Shown here: piece by piece, positions 1-9,365 of the stretch | How positions within the stretch are numbered: the stretch's first letter is position 1 | How the letters are laid out: the number at the start of each line of letters is the position of its first letter | Notes under the pieces: model-generated | Seen by the model: only the letters and a program-made list of their open reading frames with translations | Databases searched by the model: none | Told to the model about the DNA's origin: nothing | Program-made: the position numbers and the translations under genes | Source: Verrucomicrobiales bacterium | GTDB lineage: Bacteria; Verrucomicrobiota; Verrucomicrobiia; Limisphaerales; CANJXF01 | Assembly (NCBI GenBank): GCA_947478865.1 | Contig: CANJXF010000003.1 | Location: forward strand, 26,912-90,911 | DNA: 64,000 nt | Reading direction: 5' to 3'

Positions 1-62
1 GCAGATCACGGCAATCTTTTCTCCTAAATCTCCCGGGCAACTGGTAACAACATCCAGTCATC

Positions 63-1334
63 ATGACTGGACCAAAGAAAAAGAACATCGAACGCGCGGG
101 TCAACTCGCCCAGGAACGTTACGCCGCACTCGGCGTGAACGTGGATCGCGCCCTCAAAGCATTAGCCAATATCCCCGTCTCGCTTCACTGCTGGCAAGGC
201 GATGACGTCGGCGGCTTCGAGACCGTCGGCGGCGCGCTCGGCGGCGGACTTGTTGCCACCGGCAACTATCCCGGCAAAGCGCGCACGCCCGATGAACTGC
301 GCGCCGATCTGGAGCAAGCCCTTAGGCTCATCCCCGGCCAGCACCGCATCAACCTTCATGCGATGTATGGCGAATTCGGCGGCCGGCGCGTGGACCGCGA
401 CGAAATTGAAGTCGCGCACTTCAATAACTGGATTGCGTGGGCGAAGGCGAACGGGCTGGGCCTGGATTTCAATCCCTCCTGTTTCTCCCATCCCAAAGCC
501 GCGGATGGCTTCACGCTTTCTCATCGCGATAATGGCGTTCGCAACTTTTGGATCGAGCACTGCCGACGCGCGCGCGAAATCGGCGCCGCGATGGGCAAGG
601 CTCTTGGCTCTCCCTGCGTGACCAACGTCTGGATTCCCGACGGATTCAAGGACACGCCCGCCGACCGCCAGGGGCCGCGCGAACGCCTTGCCGCCGCGCT
701 CGACGATGTTTTCAAAAAGTCGCTCCCCGCCAGGCACAACCTCGACGCCGTGGAAGGAAAACTCTTCGGCATCGGCGCGGAGAGCTGCACCGTCGGCTCG
801 CACGAGTTCTACCTCGGCTACGCCATCACGCGCCGCAAGCTCCTTTGCCTCGACGCGGGCCATTTTCATCCCACCGAGAGCATCGCCGACAAGATCTCCA
901 GCGTGCTCCTCTACCTCCCGGAGATTTTGCTGCACGTCAGCCGCGGCGTCCGCTGGGACAGCGACCACGTCGTCACTTTCACCGACGACCTCCAGGCCAT
1001 CGCCCGCGAAATCATCGCGACCGGCCACGCCGACCGCGTCCATCTCGGACTCGACTACTTCGACGCGAGCATCAACCGCATTGCCGCGTGGGTCATCGGC
1101 ACCCGCAACTTGCAGAAGGCCCTGCTCCTTGCGCTGCTCGAACCGCCCGCCATCCGCGCGGCCGAACTTGCCGGCGACACCACCGCCCGCCTCGCCCTCC
1201 AGGAAGAGAGCAAGTCGCTGCCCTTCGGCGCCGTGTGGGATTACTACTGCGAAACCAAAGGCGTCCCCATCGGCGAAGCGTGGCTGGCGGAGGTGAAAGC
1301 GCATGAGAAAATTGTTCTGAGCAAACGCGGTTAA
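63..1334 (+). CDS. rhaA: L-rhamnose isomerase
   Basis: 423 aa. Colinear by eye with E. coli RhaA across its full length ([54 protein letters not shown]). Confidence 0.93.
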   Translation: MTGPKKKNIERAGQLAQERYAALGVNVDRALKALANIPVSLHCWQGDDVGGFETVGGALGGGLVATGNYPGKARTPDELRADLEQALRLIPGQHRINLHAMYGEFGGRRVDRDEIEVAHFNNWIAWAKANGLGLDFNPSCFSHPKAADGFTLSHRDNGVRNFWIEHCRRAREIGAAMGKALGSPCVTNVWIPDGFKDTPADRQGPRERLAAALDDVFKKSLPARHNLDAVEGKLFGIGAESCTVGSHEFYLGYAITRRKLLCLDAGHFHPTESIADKISSVLLYLPEILLHVSRGVRWDSDHVVTFTDDLQAIAREIIATGHADRVHLGLDYFDASINRIAAWVIGTRNLQKALLLALLEPPAIRAAELAGDTTARLALQEESKSLPFGAVWDYYCETKGVPIGEAWLAEVKAHEKIVLSKRG

Positions 1335-1336
1335 CG

Positions 1337-1789
1337 ATGGCTTTCAACTTTGCCAAATTTCAAGAGCTTCGCGCAGTGGCGTTAAGCAAACGCAAATTCG
1401 GGCGGCTTACGGTCGAATGCCAACTGCTGTCCGAATTCAGGAGTGCGGAACTTGGGAGCATTGATGAATTCCTCAAGCAGCATGGCTTTACAGGGTCACA
1501 CGCCGACTTGAAACAAATAGACCGACAGAAGGCCGTGTTACACGCTGCACGAGTCCTAAGTCGTGATTTGGCTTACGGCGCTGAAATGATGACATCAGCT
1601 GAAGCCGAACAAATTGCTTCTTCATTCCTGAGTTTCTTTGAGCCGTCGAATCCTCGGTTTTTCACCAACTGTGTGAAGCTTGGGGATTGCTGGGCAGGGA
1701 ATCCGATATCCGACTCAACATTTGACGAAGGTGTCATTGCCATCAATGACGAAGCCATTGGCATCCTCTGGGCGCAGGACGAAGACTGA
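1337..1789 (+). CDS. hypothetical cytoplasmic protein (orphan, low GC) wedged into the rhamnose operon
   Basis: 150-codon ORF. ATG lies 2 nt after the rhaA stop, and its stop overlaps the next ATG (TGATG). Hand-counted G+C is about 47-53%, against 68-78% in sampled flanking lines. No family recognised. Confidence 0.55.
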   Translation: MAFNFAKFQELRAVALSKRKFGRLTVECQLLSEFRSAELGSIDEFLKQHGFTGSHADLKQIDRQKAVLHAARVLSRDLAYGAEMMTSAEAEQIASSFLSFFEPSNPRFFTNCVKLGDCWAGNPISDSTFDEGVIAINDEAIGILWAQDED

Positions 1790-3357
1790 TGACCGCGCCT
1801 TTGCTCCAACTCACCTGCGTAACCAAATCCTTCGGCGCGGTGCGCGCGCTGAAGGGCGTGTCGTTCGACCTGGGGGCGGGGGAGGTTCATGCGTTGCTCG
1901 GCGAGAACGGTGCGGGCAAGTCCACGCTCATCAAGGTCATTACCGGCGCGCACCAGCCTGACGGCGGGACCATCGACATCAACGGGGAGCGCGTCGCGCA
2001 TCTCACGCCCGCTGCGGCGCACAAGCTGGGCATCGCCTGCATTTACCAGCAGCCGGCGCTGTTCCCGGACCTCACCGTTGCCGAGAACATCGCGCTGCGC
2101 CTCGAACCGGCCACCGCCGCGCACCGCGTGGATTGGCCCGTGCGCCGCACTCGCGCCGCGGAACTTCTCCACCGCATCGGCGCGGAGATTTCGCCCGACG
2201 CCGAGGTCCGCTCGCTCTCCATGCCCGAGCAGCAGCTTGTCGAAATCGCCTGCGCGCTCGGGGCCGGCGCCCGCATCGTCATCATGGACGAGCCGACGGC
2301 CTCGCTCACGCAGAAGGAGCAGCATCTCCTCTTCGCTGTCGTGCGCGATCTGCGCGCGAGCGGTGTCGGCGTCATCTACATCTCGCATCGACTGGAAGAA
2401 ATATTCGCCCTCGCCGACCGCGTGACCGTCCTGCGCGATGGCGAGAGCGTGGGAACTCGTCTCGTGGGTAGCAGCCGACGTGAGTTGGCTCAAACATCCT
2501 CCGCAGAAAGTCAGAGTGGACCCACGTCCGCTGCTACGATTACTGAATCCGAACTCATCAAGCTCATGGTCGGGCGCGAAGTCTCGTCCATCTTCCCACC
2601 CGCCGAGAGCGAGCCGGGCGACGTCGTTCTCTCGCTCGATAATCTCGGCTGCACCGCCGGCGGCGTGAAGAACATCACGCTCGATGTTCGCGCCGGCGAA
2701 ATCGTCGGTCTCGCTGGACTCGTGGGTGCTGGCCGCACCGAACTAGCGCGCATCCTCTTCGGCCTCACGCCCGCCGACTCCGGTGAAATCATCCTCAACG
2801 GCCAGCGCATCACCATTACCTCGCCGCAGGAAGCCGTTGCGCACGGCATTGCCTACGTGCCCGAGGATCGGCGGCGCCATGGTGTGATTCTCGAAATGCC
2901 CATCGCGCACAACATGACGATGGCTATTCACAACCGCCTCTTTCCCGGCACCTGGCTCCGCTTCGGCGCCGAACGAAATCTCGCGCAAGAATTCATCCGC
3001 AACCTCGCCGTAAAAGCCTACGGCCCTGAAGCCCCCGGCGGTTCGCTCTCCGGCGGCAACCAGCAAAAAGTTTCCCTCGCCCGCTGGCTCGCGACGAAGC
3101 CGAAGCTCCTCATCCTCGACGAACCGACGCAAGGCGTGGACGTCGGCGCGAAAAGCGAGATCCACAAGATCATCCGCCGCCTCGCGAAGGACGGCCTCGC
3201 CGTGCTGATGATTTCCAGCGACCTGCCCGAAGTCCTCGGCATGAGCGACCGCATCGCCGTCCTGCGCGGCGGCACCATTGCGGCGATGCTCCCCGGGAAG
3301 AGCGATGCGCATGCCGTGATGGCAGCGGCATTGGGGCAAACGGAGGACTCCCGATGA
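1789..3357 (+). CDS. sugar (rhamnose-type) ABC transporter ATP-binding protein, two fused ABC domains
   Basis: Two Walker A/signature sets (GENGAGKST ... LSMPEQQ; GLVGAGRTE ... LSGGNQQKV). Lies next to rhaA and carbohydrate-uptake-type permeases. Confidence 0.88.
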   Translation: MTAPLLQLTCVTKSFGAVRALKGVSFDLGAGEVHALLGENGAGKSTLIKVITGAHQPDGGTIDINGERVAHLTPAAAHKLGIACIYQQPALFPDLTVAENIALRLEPATAAHRVDWPVRRTRAAELLHRIGAEISPDAEVRSLSMPEQQLVEIACALGAGARIVIMDEPTASLTQKEQHLLFAVVRDLRASGVGVIYISHRLEEIFALADRVTVLRDGESVGTRLVGSSRRELAQTSSAESQSGPTSAATITESELIKLMVGREVSSIFPPAESEPGDVVLSLDNLGCTAGGVKNITLDVRAGEIVGLAGLVGAGRTELARILFGLTPADSGEIILNGQRITITSPQEAVAHGIAYVPEDRRRHGVILEMPIAHNMTMAIHNRLFPGTWLRFGAERNLAQEFIRNLAVKAYGPEAPGGSLSGGNQQKVSLARWLATKPKLLILDEPTQGVDVGAKSEIHKIIRRLAKDGLAVLMISSDLPEVLGMSDRIAVLRGGTIAAMLPGKSDAHAVMAAALGQTEDSR

Positions 3358-4283
3358 AACGCTACTTCCGCGAACTTTCCGTGGCCGCCGCATTATTCGC
3401 CCTGCTGGCGGGGCTCGCTCTCTTCGCTCCGAATTTCTACGAGCCGGCGCCGTTGCTGTCGCGGTTCGCCGCGCAAGCGCCGGCCCTGGTCGTTGCCATC
3501 GGCATGACTCTCGTCATCATCAGTCGGCAAATTGATATCTCAGTTGGATCACAGTTCGGCGTGTGCGCGGTCGTCGCGGGCACGCTGGCGGCGATGAAGT
3601 TACCGCTCGTCGTAGTGCTGCTCGCGTCAGTGGGGACAGGCGCGATTCTAGGTGCATTCAACGGGGTGCTGATCGCAGGGCTTGGCCTGCCTTCCATCGT
3701 AGTCACGCTCGCAACCATGGTGACATGGCAGGAAGCGCTACGCCTGGGGCAGCAGGGGCGGTTCATCAACCTGCCGCCTGGAATGCAATGGATGGGACTG
3801 AGCCAGGTGGGAGGTCAACGAGCGCTCGTCGCGCTGGCCGTGCTGATGGTCGCCGCGTTCGCGTGGGCATTGAAGAATCTCGCCGCCGGACGACATGTTT
3901 ACGCAGTGGGCTCGGACGCGGAAGCGGCGCGGCTGGCGGGTATCCATCCCAAAGGCACGACCTTCGGCGTGTTTGTGTTGATGGGCGGGCTGGTGGGGTT
4001 GGCGGCGGTCATGAATATCGTGCAGTCGCCGCAGGTGGATCCGAACGCGGGCGGGGGCCTGGAGTTGAAAGCGATCGCGGCAGCCGTCGTGGGCGGAGTG
4101 GCGGTGTCGGGCGGGCGCGGCAATCTCTGGGGCGTGTTTGTGGGCTTGCTGTTACTCGCGACCATCAACCCGGCTCTCACCTACCTGCACGTGGAAGCGT
4201 ATTGGGAGAAAGCGATACAAGGCCTGGTTATCCTGCTCGCCGTCGTGGCGGATGGGCTCAGAAGCAGGCGAGGCAAACGATGA
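3354..4283 (+). CDS. ABC transporter permease (RhaP/RbsC-like)
   Basis: 309 aa polytopic membrane protein. 4-nt overlap with the ATPase gene. Ribose-family permease look (DISVGS, GGRGN). Confidence 0.85.
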   Translation: MKRYFRELSVAAALFALLAGLALFAPNFYEPAPLLSRFAAQAPALVVAIGMTLVIISRQIDISVGSQFGVCAVVAGTLAAMKLPLVVVLLASVGTGAILGAFNGVLIAGLGLPSIVVTLATMVTWQEALRLGQQGRFINLPPGMQWMGLSQVGGQRALVALAVLMVAAFAWALKNLAAGRHVYAVGSDAEAARLAGIHPKGTTFGVFVLMGGLVGLAAVMNIVQSPQVDPNAGGGLELKAIAAAVVGGVAVSGGRGNLWGVFVGLLLLATINPALTYLHVEAYWEKAIQGLVILLAVVADGLRSRRGKR

Positions 4284-4335
4284 AGGTTCAACCGCAGATA
4301 AACGCGAAATGAACTTAGATTATTTTGGAGGAAAA

Positions 4336-4443
4336 ATGCGACTGCTGACAGTGCGAATAATCGAAGCCGCTTGTGAAAACACACCGCCGCCTGGCAACGC
4401 CGTGAGCCTGGCTGAGCCTGTCTCGCATTCAGCTACAGTTTAA
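4336..4443 (+). CDS. candidate 35-aa micro-ORF between the two permease genes
   Basis: GGAGG lies 5 nt upstream of the ATG. The TAA stop is 2 nt before the next gene's ATG. Sits in an AT-richer 160-nt spacer. No homology evidence. Confidence 0.2.
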   Translation: MRLLTVRIIEAACENTPPPGNAVSLAEPVSHSATV

Positions 4444-4445
4444 CT

Positions 4446-5453
4446 ATGTCTTCCTCATCAAAACTCAATGGATGGAAGTCGGCCTTGCTCCGGCACGAAA
4501 GCGTCCTTCTCTTCCTCGTGCTGCTCGAAGCCTTCTACTTTAATGCCGTCGGCCGCAACTTCGCCACGGCGGACAACGTCGGCAACATCATCCGGCATTC
4601 CACGGAGATTGGCCTGCTCGCGCTGGTCATGATGCCGATCATCCTGACCGGCGGCATTGACCTCTCGGTGGGTTCCTTGCTCGGTTTGTGCGCGGTGTTG
4701 TTCGGGAAAATGTGCCAGGAGGGCGGGTTCTCACCACTCGTCGCAGGCGGAATCACCCTCTGCATCGGCGCGGCCGCCGGCGGCTTCAATGCGACGCTCA
4801 TCACCTGGCTGCGCTTGCCGCCGCTCATCGTCACGCTCGGCACCTACTCGCTCTTTCGCGGCCTTGCCGAGGCCATCACCAAGGGCACGGCGACCTATTC
4901 GAAATTTCCCCAGGCGTTCCTCGACTTCGGCAACGGCGCCCTACTGGGCCTGCCCAACCAGGCTTGGATTCTCCTCGCGGTGGCGATGGGCGTCTGGCTG
5001 CTCATTCATCAGACGACCTTCGGACGATCCTTCCGCGCCATCGGTTTTGCGCCGGAAGGAGCCCGTTACGCCGGGCTTCCTGTGGAACGCCGGGTCGCGA
5101 TGGCCTACGTGCTGGCAGGAATCGTTGCAGCCTTGGCGGCAATTCTCTTCACGGCCCGCGTCACCCAGGCGCGCGCGGATGCCGGGATTGGCTACGAACT
5201 GCTCGCCGTCACCGCGGTGGTGCTGGGCGGCACCAGCATCTTCGGCGGCACCGGCACCGTGCACGGGACGTTGCTCGGGGTGGTCGCGGTGGCAATTCTC
5301 TCGAATGGATTATCGCGCATTCTCTCGATCTCAAACGTGTCGCGGGAATTATCCGGCATGTTGACCGGCGCGTTGCTGGTGCTGGCCCTGGCGAGTGGTT
5401 TGTTGTCGAAATACATCGCCGCCTGGCGGGCGCGGCGCGGGGTGGCTGGTTGA
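4446..5453 (+). CDS. ABC transporter permease (RhaQ/RbsC-like)
   Basis: 335 aa polytopic. Paralogous in look to 3354-4283 (GGIDLSVGS, GGTSIFGGTG). Confidence 0.85.
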   Translation: MSSSSKLNGWKSALLRHESVLLFLVLLEAFYFNAVGRNFATADNVGNIIRHSTEIGLLALVMMPIILTGGIDLSVGSLLGLCAVLFGKMCQEGGFSPLVAGGITLCIGAAAGGFNATLITWLRLPPLIVTLGTYSLFRGLAEAITKGTATYSKFPQAFLDFGNGALLGLPNQAWILLAVAMGVWLLIHQTTFGRSFRAIGFAPEGARYAGLPVERRVAMAYVLAGIVAALAAILFTARVTQARADAGIGYELLAVTAVVLGGTSIFGGTGTVHGTLLGVVAVAILSNGLSRILSISNVSRELSGMLTGALLVLALASGLLSKYIAAWRARRGVAG

Positions 5454-5565
5454 ACTTCGGCATCCTCATCGAGACCGACTCTGCTCTGGCGAGAATGATT
5501 TCAGATAGCGGTTTCCAAGCATTCCCGCCTCTGCTTAAATCACTTCGCTGAACCAAATTGAATTT

Positions 5566-6576
5566 ATGCGCAAACTGTTTCTCCTCATCACCACCCTTGG
5601 CCTGATCATGGCAACCGGCTGCAACAAGCCTTCTGAATCCACCAATACGGCTGGTTCCGGCGGCGGCAAGAAGCTCACCATCGCTTTCATGCCGAAGAGC
5701 AAGGGCAACCAATATTTCATCACCTGCAAAAACGGGGCTGTAAAAGCCGCCGCGGATTTGGGCATCGACCTCCTCTTCGACGGCCCGACCAACACCGACC
5801 CGGCCAAGCAGAACGAAATCGTCGAGAACTGGATCACTCTGGGCGTCGATGTCATTGCCGTGGCGTGCGAGAACAAGGAAGGCATCTCCACCGCGCTCAG
5901 GAAGGCGCAGGCCAAGGGCATCAAGGTCATCACCTTTGATTCCGACTCCATGCCCGATGCGCGCAGCTTCTTCGTCAATCAGGCCACGGCCACCGGCATC
6001 GCCAATGTGCTCATGGATACCGCCGCGCAGCTGTGCGGCGGGGAAGGCGAATTTGCGATCATCACCGCCACCCTTACTGCCAACAACATGAACGAGTGGC
6101 GCAAGAACATCGATCTTAGGCTCAAGGAGAAATATCCGAAGATGAAGCTCGTAGAGACCAAGCCGTGCGACGACCAGAAGGACAAGGCCCAGCAGGAAAC
6201 CGCCAACCTGCTCGGCGCCTATCCGAATTTGAAGTGCGTCATGGCCATCTGCTCACCTGCCGTCCCCGGCGCGGCCGAAGCCGTGAAACAAGCGGGCAAG
6301 GTAGGCAAGGTCAAGGTGCTTGGGCTAGGTCTGCCGAGTGAGAATCGCGCCTATGTGAAGGACGGCGTCACCCAGGCGGTCATCCTCTGGAAGGTGGAAG
6401 ATCTCGGCTACCTCACCATTGCCGCCGCCACCGCCCTGGCCAAAGGAGAACTCAAGCCGGGCGCAACCACCTTCAAGGCCGGCAAGCTCGGCGAAATCCA
6501 GCTCCAGGGTAGCGACATCGTCCTTGGACAACCTTTCGTGTTCACCAAGGAGAACATCGACCAGTTTGATTTCTAG
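5566..6576 (+). CDS. sugar (rhamnose-type) ABC transporter substrate-binding lipoprotein
   Basis: Lipobox LIMATGC. Periplasmic-binding-protein type I look (IAFMPKSKGNQYF, VITFDSD). Last gene of the rhamnose cluster. Confidence 0.85.
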   Translation: MRKLFLLITTLGLIMATGCNKPSESTNTAGSGGGKKLTIAFMPKSKGNQYFITCKNGAVKAAADLGIDLLFDGPTNTDPAKQNEIVENWITLGVDVIAVACENKEGISTALRKAQAKGIKVITFDSDSMPDARSFFVNQATATGIANVLMDTAAQLCGGEGEFAIITATLTANNMNEWRKNIDLRLKEKYPKMKLVETKPCDDQKDKAQQETANLLGAYPNLKCVMAICSPAVPGAAEAVKQAGKVGKVKVLGLGLPSENRAYVKDGVTQAVILWKVEDLGYLTIAAATALAKGELKPGATTFKAGKLGEIQLQGSDIVLGQPFVFTKENIDQFDF

Positions 6577-6770
6577 CAGGGCCAGCCGGCCAGCTTCCCT
6601 TGAGCTGGCTTCCATGACGAACCGTGCGACGGAAGGCACCCGCGAGCGATGCAGGATTGTTCGCGGTGTTCTAACGGCCGCTCGAATTGGTTTGAATACT
6701 TCTCAGTTCTACTACAGGGTCTTTCCCAGGGTTAGAAATTATTGGCTTATTAAATTCACATACTCCCCTT

Positions 6771-7502
6771 ATGCGCTTTCCACGAATTGGTCTTGTTGTG
6801 CTCTTGATTTCGGCTTGCGTCTCGCTCCCGAGGCATTGCTCCGCACTCAACCTCTTGGTTTACAACACGAACAATGCCGGGGCCGGTTCCCTGCGGCAAT
6901 CTGTGCAAGACAACAACGCCCTGGGAGGTGGCAACACCATTGTTTTCTCCAATACCGTCGTCGGGACCATCTCATTGGTGGGCGGCAATTTAACCTTGTC
7001 AACTGACACCACGATTGTGGGCCCTGGCGCAAGCGTGCTGACCGTGAGCGGCGCGAACACCAACCGCGTTTTTGATGTAACTGGCGGAACGGTTTTGATT
7101 TCCGGGCTCACCGTTGCCAACGGGCGCCTGGCCGATGGGACCGTCGGCGCTGGCATCCAGTGTGTTGCGGCGGATCTGACCGTGAGCAATTGTTTCTTTT
7201 CCAACAACGTCACGGTTGGAAATTTTGGCGGGGCAATCTGCAACTTCGGCAATGCCACCATCCTCAACTCAACGTTCAGGACAAACACGGCTAATGGCGG
7301 CGGCGCAATCTATGTCGGCGGCTTTACGATCATCAGCAATTGCACGTTCGTGGCCAACGTCTCCACTTATCGCGGGGGCGCTGTCTGGAACGCGTCCACT
7401 GCCAGGCTCTTTAACTGCACGGTCGTCAGCAATACCGCCGTGACCGGAGGAGGCATTTATGGCAATACCGGCAACCCGGTCACGTTTGGACATGACTCAT
7501 AG
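6771..7502 (+). CDS. secreted polymorphic-outer-membrane-protein (Pmp) repeat / right-handed beta-helix protein, probably 3'-truncated
   Basis: Signal peptide. Repeated GGAI / FxxN motifs (GGAICNFG, NSTFRTNTANGGGAIY, NCTFVAN, GGAVWN, GGGIYGN). Stops after 243 aa, directly before a repeat element. Confidence 0.7.
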   Translation: MRFPRIGLVVLLISACVSLPRHCSALNLLVYNTNNAGAGSLRQSVQDNNALGGGNTIVFSNTVVGTISLVGGNLTLSTDTTIVGPGASVLTVSGANTNRVFDVTGGTVLISGLTVANGRLADGTVGAGIQCVAADLTVSNCFFSNNVTVGNFGGAICNFGNATILNSTFRTNTANGGGAIYVGGFTIISNCTFVANVSTYRGGAVWNASTARLFNCTVVSNTAVTGGGIYGNTGNPVTFGHDS

Positions 7503-7560
7503 TCCATGAGAAGCCCTTCTAAAATCCATCGGCGATGAGTCATATTCGGCGGCGATCTCC

Positions 7561-7596
7561 TCCCTCGCCCCCATGAAGTGGAGGAGAGGGCCGGGG
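7561..7596. repeat. 36-nt dispersed repeat, copy 1 (tccctcgccCccatgaagtggaggagagggccgggg)
   Basis: 35 of 36 nt identical to 9366-9401, same orientation. Internally an imperfect hairpin. Confidence 0.9.
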
Positions 7597-7640
7597 AGAG
7601 GCGGCGCGTTTTTAAAGTCCGAGATTCCCCTCTCCTCGTT

Positions 7641-7674
7641 CCTCTCCCCGCTCGTGCCTCGCGGGGCGAGGAGG
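7641..7674. repeat. GC-rich REP-like hairpin (cctctccccgc ... gcggggcgaggagg)
   Basis: Inverted repeat read directly from the sequence. Same CCTCTCC/GGAGAGG flavour as the hairpins at 44614-44718. Confidence 0.7.
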
Positions 7675-8307
7675 TGATTGAGCGCCCTTTTCGAGTCATG
7701 GCGCGACGGGATTTTATCCCGCCCGGTTTTGCCATGGGGAAGAGGCAGGTTGAGCAGGGCGGAAGGGGTGCAATCCCGCCGTCCGGATGTTTTTTCTGAA
7801 AATCCTTTGACTCCGGGTCCGCATTGCGGTTCTAATCGCCGCACTTCCTCCGGCGTTTCGTTGTATCATCACTTTGGGAAGGGATTTATGCTTAATCAGG
7901 GGAAATTTTTTGGATGGGTCGTCTTTAAGCCTGCGCAGGGCCGTCATTTTGCCGGGTTTTTTCTCCCAACGATCCAGACCACCGTCGTTTTGCGCCTGCG
8001 GGTGGCCCAACGCGAAGGCCGACGCTCTTTTCGGCCGCTCGGCGCATCCCGACCGTCATGGGACGGCCGTTGGGCGGTTTTGGGTTCCAAAAGGATCGAC
8101 CTTGCCCGGCTGATGGAGTTCGGCGGTGGCCGGCCCGCCCAAGCGACGCTCGATTCGCCGTTTTGGGGTTCAAATCCGGCGAAACAACCGCCGGTTCGAG
8201 GCGCTTTTCTGCCAAACCGCGTGATCCCTCCAATTTCTTCGGCCCACAACTGCGACAAAACAGATCAATTCCGACCAAAAAATTAACCTCAACTCAATCA
8301 AACAACT

Positions 8308-9228
8308 ATGGCCTCAAACGAACTCCCCTCAAACCAGGATAAACTCTTCACGCTCGCCGAAGACATGGCCGATGGCTGCAAGACGCACGAAGCGGTCATC
8401 AACCTGAAGCAAAACAAGGAAGTGGATCTTCGCACCGACCTCGGCACGGCGACAGCCTCGGCAGGCCTGTACGATGCCAGCCGGAGCAATAAAATTGTCC
8501 TTGGCACGACCCAGACCGTGGCCGATTCCAATGCCAAGAGCTATCTGGGCAGCGCGCGAAAAATCCTGGCGGTGCGCCATGGCGAAACCTGGTCGGAAGC
8601 CTGGTTGCAGACGGGATTTCCCAATTATTCGACGGCCGTGCCGCCCACCGTGGCCGAACGGCAGGCGTTGTTGTTCTCGCTCAACACCTATTTCATTGCC
8701 AACCCGGCGCATGAGAACGCCCCGCTCACCGTCACGGCGGCGCAGGGCCTTTTGCTGGGCACCGCCCTTTCCGCCGCCCGCAGCGCGGTGAACGACGGCG
8801 CCACGGATTCCGGCCAGAAAAAAAATACGCGCGATACGGCGGTCACCGGTTTGCGCAAGCGGATGCGGGGTTTGATCACGGAATTGAACCAGTTGCTGGG
8901 CGATGAGGATCCGCGCTGGATGGCTTTCGGATTGAACATGCCCGGCGCGAGCAATTTGCCGGATGTGCCGGACCTGCCGGTATTGACCGCCGGCGCTCCG
9001 GGCCATGTCATCGCCGACTGGCCGGATGTCGCGCGAGCCGATCATTATCGCGTTTATAAAAAGGTGGCTGGCGTGGATCCGGATTTTCTTTTCGCGTTGA
9101 GCGTCAACGACAGCGACGCGACCCTGCCCGGATTGCCTGGTGGCGTGGCGGTAAGCATCCGCGTCACTGCGACCAACGATTCGGGCGAAAGCCAGCCCAG
9201 CCTGGAAGCGCAAATCGTGGTGCTATAA
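8308..9228 (+). CDS. hypothetical protein, helical N-terminal region plus C-terminal fibronectin type III-like domain
   Basis: 306 aa, no signal peptide. C-terminal roughly 90 aa look like FN3 (HYRVYKK ... VSIRVTATNDSGESQPS). The antisense ORF is Arg-rich and was rejected. Confidence 0.7.
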   Translation: MASNELPSNQDKLFTLAEDMADGCKTHEAVINLKQNKEVDLRTDLGTATASAGLYDASRSNKIVLGTTQTVADSNAKSYLGSARKILAVRHGETWSEAWLQTGFPNYSTAVPPTVAERQALLFSLNTYFIANPAHENAPLTVTAAQGLLLGTALSAARSAVNDGATDSGQKKNTRDTAVTGLRKRMRGLITELNQLLGDEDPRWMAFGLNMPGASNLPDVPDLPVLTAGAPGHVIADWPDVARADHYRVYKKVAGVDPDFLFALSVNDSDATLPGLPGGVAVSIRVTATNDSGESQPSLEAQIVVL

Positions 9229-9244
9229 CGAAGAGTTGAACCAA

Positions 9245-9271
9245 GGGCAGGGCGGCGCTGCCGCGCTGCCC
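9245..9271 (+). terminator. GC-rich stem-loop 17 nt downstream of the 8308-9228 stop
   Basis: GGGCAGgGCGGC-gct-GCCGCgCTGCCC. No following T-tract, so intrinsic-terminator status is uncertain. Confidence 0.35.
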
Positions 9272-9365
9272 TGAGTGGTTAGGGTAGGGTGAGAGTCCGC
9301 TTGAACCCACTTCACTCCGGACCCTTGCGCTGATGCACAGTTAGAATCAAGAAGCAGGCGTCTTC

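Noticed and set aside
162-1304. 380-aa ORF antisense to rhaA, plus several nested same-region ORFs
   Set aside because: rhaA on the plus strand is colinear with E. coli RhaA. The antisense product is Arg/Ala/Gly-rich with no motif, a typical high-GC shadow ORF.
8167-8177. GGTTCAAATCC, a tRNA/tmRNA T-loop-like string
   Set aside because: The flanking bases cannot form the 5-bp T-stem (TGGGG versus CCGGC mismatches at the third pair). No acceptor or anticodon arms could be built.
7678-8286. 202-aa ORF in the 7597-8307 gap
   Set aside because: It overlaps equally long ORFs on the other strand, has Arg/Pro/Gly/Ser-rich composition, and has no motif or signal. It is treated as non-coding.
8329-9213. 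294-aa ORF antisense to the FN3-domain gene
   Set aside because: It is Arg-rich and low-complexity. The plus-strand frame has a recognisable FN3-like end and balanced composition.
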